NCBI GenBank assembly: GCA_902801025.1
Contig: CADCGZ010000010.1
Location: 1,551-65,550 of the forward strand
Source of the DNA: an uncultured bacterium
GTDB taxonomy: Bacteria > Verrucomicrobiota > Kiritimatiellia > RFP12 > UBA1067
DNA: 64,000 bases
Reading direction: 5' to 3'
In this document: positions 62,190 through 64,000 of the stretch, piece after piece
Position numbering within the stretch: position 1 is the first letter of the stretch
How the letters are laid out: each line of letters begins with the position of its first letter
Position numbers and translations under genes: made by a program
The notes under the pieces: generated by a model
The model's input: only the letters and a program-made list of their open reading frames with translations
What the model was told of the DNA's origin: nothing
The model's database searches: none

Positions 62190-62270
62190 AACAACAAACG
62201 TCTGCCAAGCCTTCTTCGCGTACCCGGCGTTGGCCCGGCTTGGCAGGTGCAAAGCAAGGAGGAGTTTGCA

Positions 62271-64000
62271 ATGGCAAAAATGAGCAGAATGGTCTTTGTC
62301 GTCAGGATTCGTCGTGCCATTGCCGCCGCAATGGCCATGTCGGCCTTCGCGGCCTCAGCCGCTCCTTGGTTCGACGCCGGCGTGTCAACGTACGAATCGT
62401 GGCCGAGCGACGGGATGGACAAGGTCCTGACTGGCGTCGGCACCTGGAGCGGAACTGGTGGGGCGAAACTGTCTTCGGGCGAAGGTAGCTCGCGCCTCAA
62501 TGTCGACACGACGGGCGAGGCCCCGCTCGGCTTCGACGCGGCGGTCATGAAAAGCATCGCTGCGGACAAGCCGTCCATCACGACGACCGTCCGCTTCTCC
62601 GCGTCCGACGAAGCTCTTGCCATCGACCCATTGGACAAGGCGCTTGTGACGGTCGCCGCAGTCAACGGCGTGCCGCGCTATTTCGGCCTTGCGGCAGATC
62701 CCGTCGGCGGCACGAACACGCTGTACGCCCTCGACGGTGCGACGCCGGACGAAACCGCCGACGTGGTGCTCGGCTTCTCGTTCAAGGAAGAAAACGGCGA
62801 GACATACGTCAGGTATTCCATCGACGGGGTCGTTCTCAAGCTTGAGGGCTCAGAGTGGCTTCGTACGATCATTCCTGCCGAAAGAGCGTCCGTCGCGTCC
62901 GTAAGCTACGTAGGCATGGGCGATGTCGTCGCACTTTCCGGTGAGGTCGGTTCGGATGAGCCTGCCGCCACAAAGACGCTGACGATTCCCGAGTTCGACC
63001 ATGTGGTTGTGGAGTCCGTAAAGGTTGCCGGCGCTGATGTAGAGCCTGACGAAAAAGGCAACTACATTGTGGAGCAGGGATCCGTTGTGACGGTCGCGTT
63101 CGCGCCTGAAGCCGGATGGGCGCTCAACGTCCATTCGATGACGTTCGTAGTTAATGACGACATGACGCTTCCGACGACGGGACGACCCACTCCTGTGAAC
63201 GTCGCCGCAGATATCACGATCAACGAGGTGATGGCCAAGAACGGCGTCACGCTCCTCACGAAGACCGGCTTCGAGGGACTCGACTGGGTCGAACTCTACA
63301 ACTCAGGAGACGAAGACGCGGACCTCGCCGGATGGTACATGGGCAACGATCCGACGAAGGCTCCTGACAAGTGGAAGGAGATCAAAGGCACATGCGTCGT
63401 CCCTGCGAAGGGCTACAAGATCGTCTGGTTCGACGGCGACAAGCTCAACAAGAACTGGGCGGCGGACGAGGCGTACGTCGAGGCGAACATCTCGACGGAC
63501 GCCGGCAAGCATACGTTGTTCCTCGCGTCCACCAATGCGTCGCCCGACAACATCGTCCAGCAGATCAAGCTGCCCGGCGGCGTCAAGGACATCTCCTATG
63601 GACGCGGACATCTCTCGCGCACGCTCGTCTCATCGACGTCGGCCGCGGAATACAAGGTCGGCAATGGCGAATGGACGGCGGTCGACGGTCCCGTCGGCAT
63701 GAGCGCGGCGGCAGGCGGCTTCACCGTCGTGAGCTACCAGATCAACAAGGACGTCGGCAACATGGACGTCGTAGACGCATGCCTGCTTGATTCGTCGACA
63801 TGGAAAGCGGGCTATCCCGTCACCAACACGACGCAGACGGTGGCGTTTGCCGGTCCGAACCAGACGGTCAGCTTCGACCAGGGCCTGTACAGTGCATTCC
63901 CTGGCGTTTCGGGCAATAACTTCATCTGCGTCGCGACGGCGACGGTGCAGATTCCGGAAAGCGGCGACTGGACGTTCGACGTCGGATCGGACGACGGATT
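62271..64000 (+). CDS. Secreted protein with lamin-tail domain (LTD) followed by a PA14-like domain; 3' end beyond the window
   Basis: Absent from the track because it has no stop in the window. My translation starts at ATG 62271 after SD AAGGAGGAG: MAKMSRMVFVVRIRRAIAAAMAMSAFAASAAP. LTD block ITINEVMAKNG...GLDWVELYNSGDEDADLAGWYMGND. It ends with FICVATATVQIPESGDWTFDVGSDDG, which is PA14-like. I found no in-frame stop to 64000. Confidence 0.75.
   Translation, partial: MAKMSRMVFVVRIRRAIAAAMAMSAFAASAAPWFDAGVSTYESWPSDGMDKVLTGVGTWSGTGGAKLSSGEGSSRLNVDTTGEAPLGFDAAVMKSIAADKPSITTTVRFSASDEALAIDPLDKALVTVAAVNGVPRYFGLAADPVGGTNTLYALDGATPDETADVVLGFSFKEENGETYVRYSIDGVVLKLEGSEWLRTIIPAERASVASVSYVGMGDVVALSGEVGSDEPAATKTLTIPEFDHVVVESVKVAGADVEPDEKGNYIVEQGSVVTVAFAPEAGWALNVHSMTFVVNDDMTLPTTGRPTPVNVAADITINEVMAKNGVTLLTKTGFEGLDWVELYNSGDEDADLAGWYMGNDPTKAPDKWKEIKGTCVVPAKGYKIVWFDGDKLNKNWAADEAYVEANISTDAGKHTLFLASTNASPDNIVQQIKLPGGVKDISYGRGHLSRTLVSSTSAAEYKVGNGEWTAVDGPVGMSAAAGGFTVVSYQINKDVGNMDVVDACLLDSSTWKAGYPVTNTTQTVAFAGPNQTVSFDQGLYSAFPGVSGNNFICVATATVQIPESGDWTFDVGSDDG

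Noticed and set aside
1-64000. Mobile elements, prophage, defence systems, CRISPR, toxin-antitoxin pairs and biosynthetic clusters.
   Set aside because: Every ORF long enough to encode an integrase, transposase, nuclease/ATPase defence component or biosynthetic enzyme was assigned to a carbohydrate-active, transport or regulatory family. No terminal inverted repeats or att-like duplications were seen flanking any block.

Overview
High-GC bacterial chromosomal segment with every gene but one on the + strand. I found no rRNA, tRNA, CRISPR array, transposase or integrase.

Layout:
- 1-6.3 kb: a divergent GntR/PBP1-type regulator, then a ribose/nucleoside-type operon (ribokinase, sugar permease, exported nucleoside-hydrolase-like protein, YitT, AbgT).
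- 6.3-7.0 kb: about 700 nt of non-coding, G+T-rich, structured sequence closed by a perfect 16-bp-stem terminator.
- 7-64 kb: a co-directional array of about 26 exported carbohydrate-active proteins. By motif these are 3x GH2, 7x GH3 (four in direct tandem), GH30, GH31, GH43, GH63-like, GH92, GH95, a tandem beta-helix GH55-like protein, three esterases (SASA, 2x SGNH), and large PA14/PATR/LTD surface-type proteins.
- The same array also holds a Tat-exported Gfo/Idh/MocA oxidoreductase, a xylose-isomerase-like TIM-barrel protein, a DUF1080 domain and an FAD-oxidoreductase domain.
- I see no transporter, SusC/D pair or sensor in these 57 kb.

Most notable observations, all read directly from the sequence:
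1. Five promoters share one architecture: two 13-nt direct repeats (GCGyA-N3-TTCAC) phased 23 nt apart, then a fixed spacer and a TGnTAyAAT extended -10. This looks like a regulon signature whose regulator is not in the window.
2. Three start codons sit exactly where the +1 of such promoters is expected (leaderless), and a fourth is within 3 nt.
3. A possible oxidative (3-keto-glycoside) cleavage module is embedded among the hydrolases.
4. An unassigned ~165-aa domain occurs both as a stand-alone secreted protein and as the C-terminus of a 1432-aa GH3.
5. GH3 paralogs show signs of gene conversion, including an 82-nt perfect identity.
6. A multidomain esterase/FAD-oxidoreductase gene is frameshifted.

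Family calls rest on motif recognition by eye, with no searches run. The lineage guess (PVC-type: Lentisphaerota, Verrucomicrobiota or Kiritimatiellota) is inference only.
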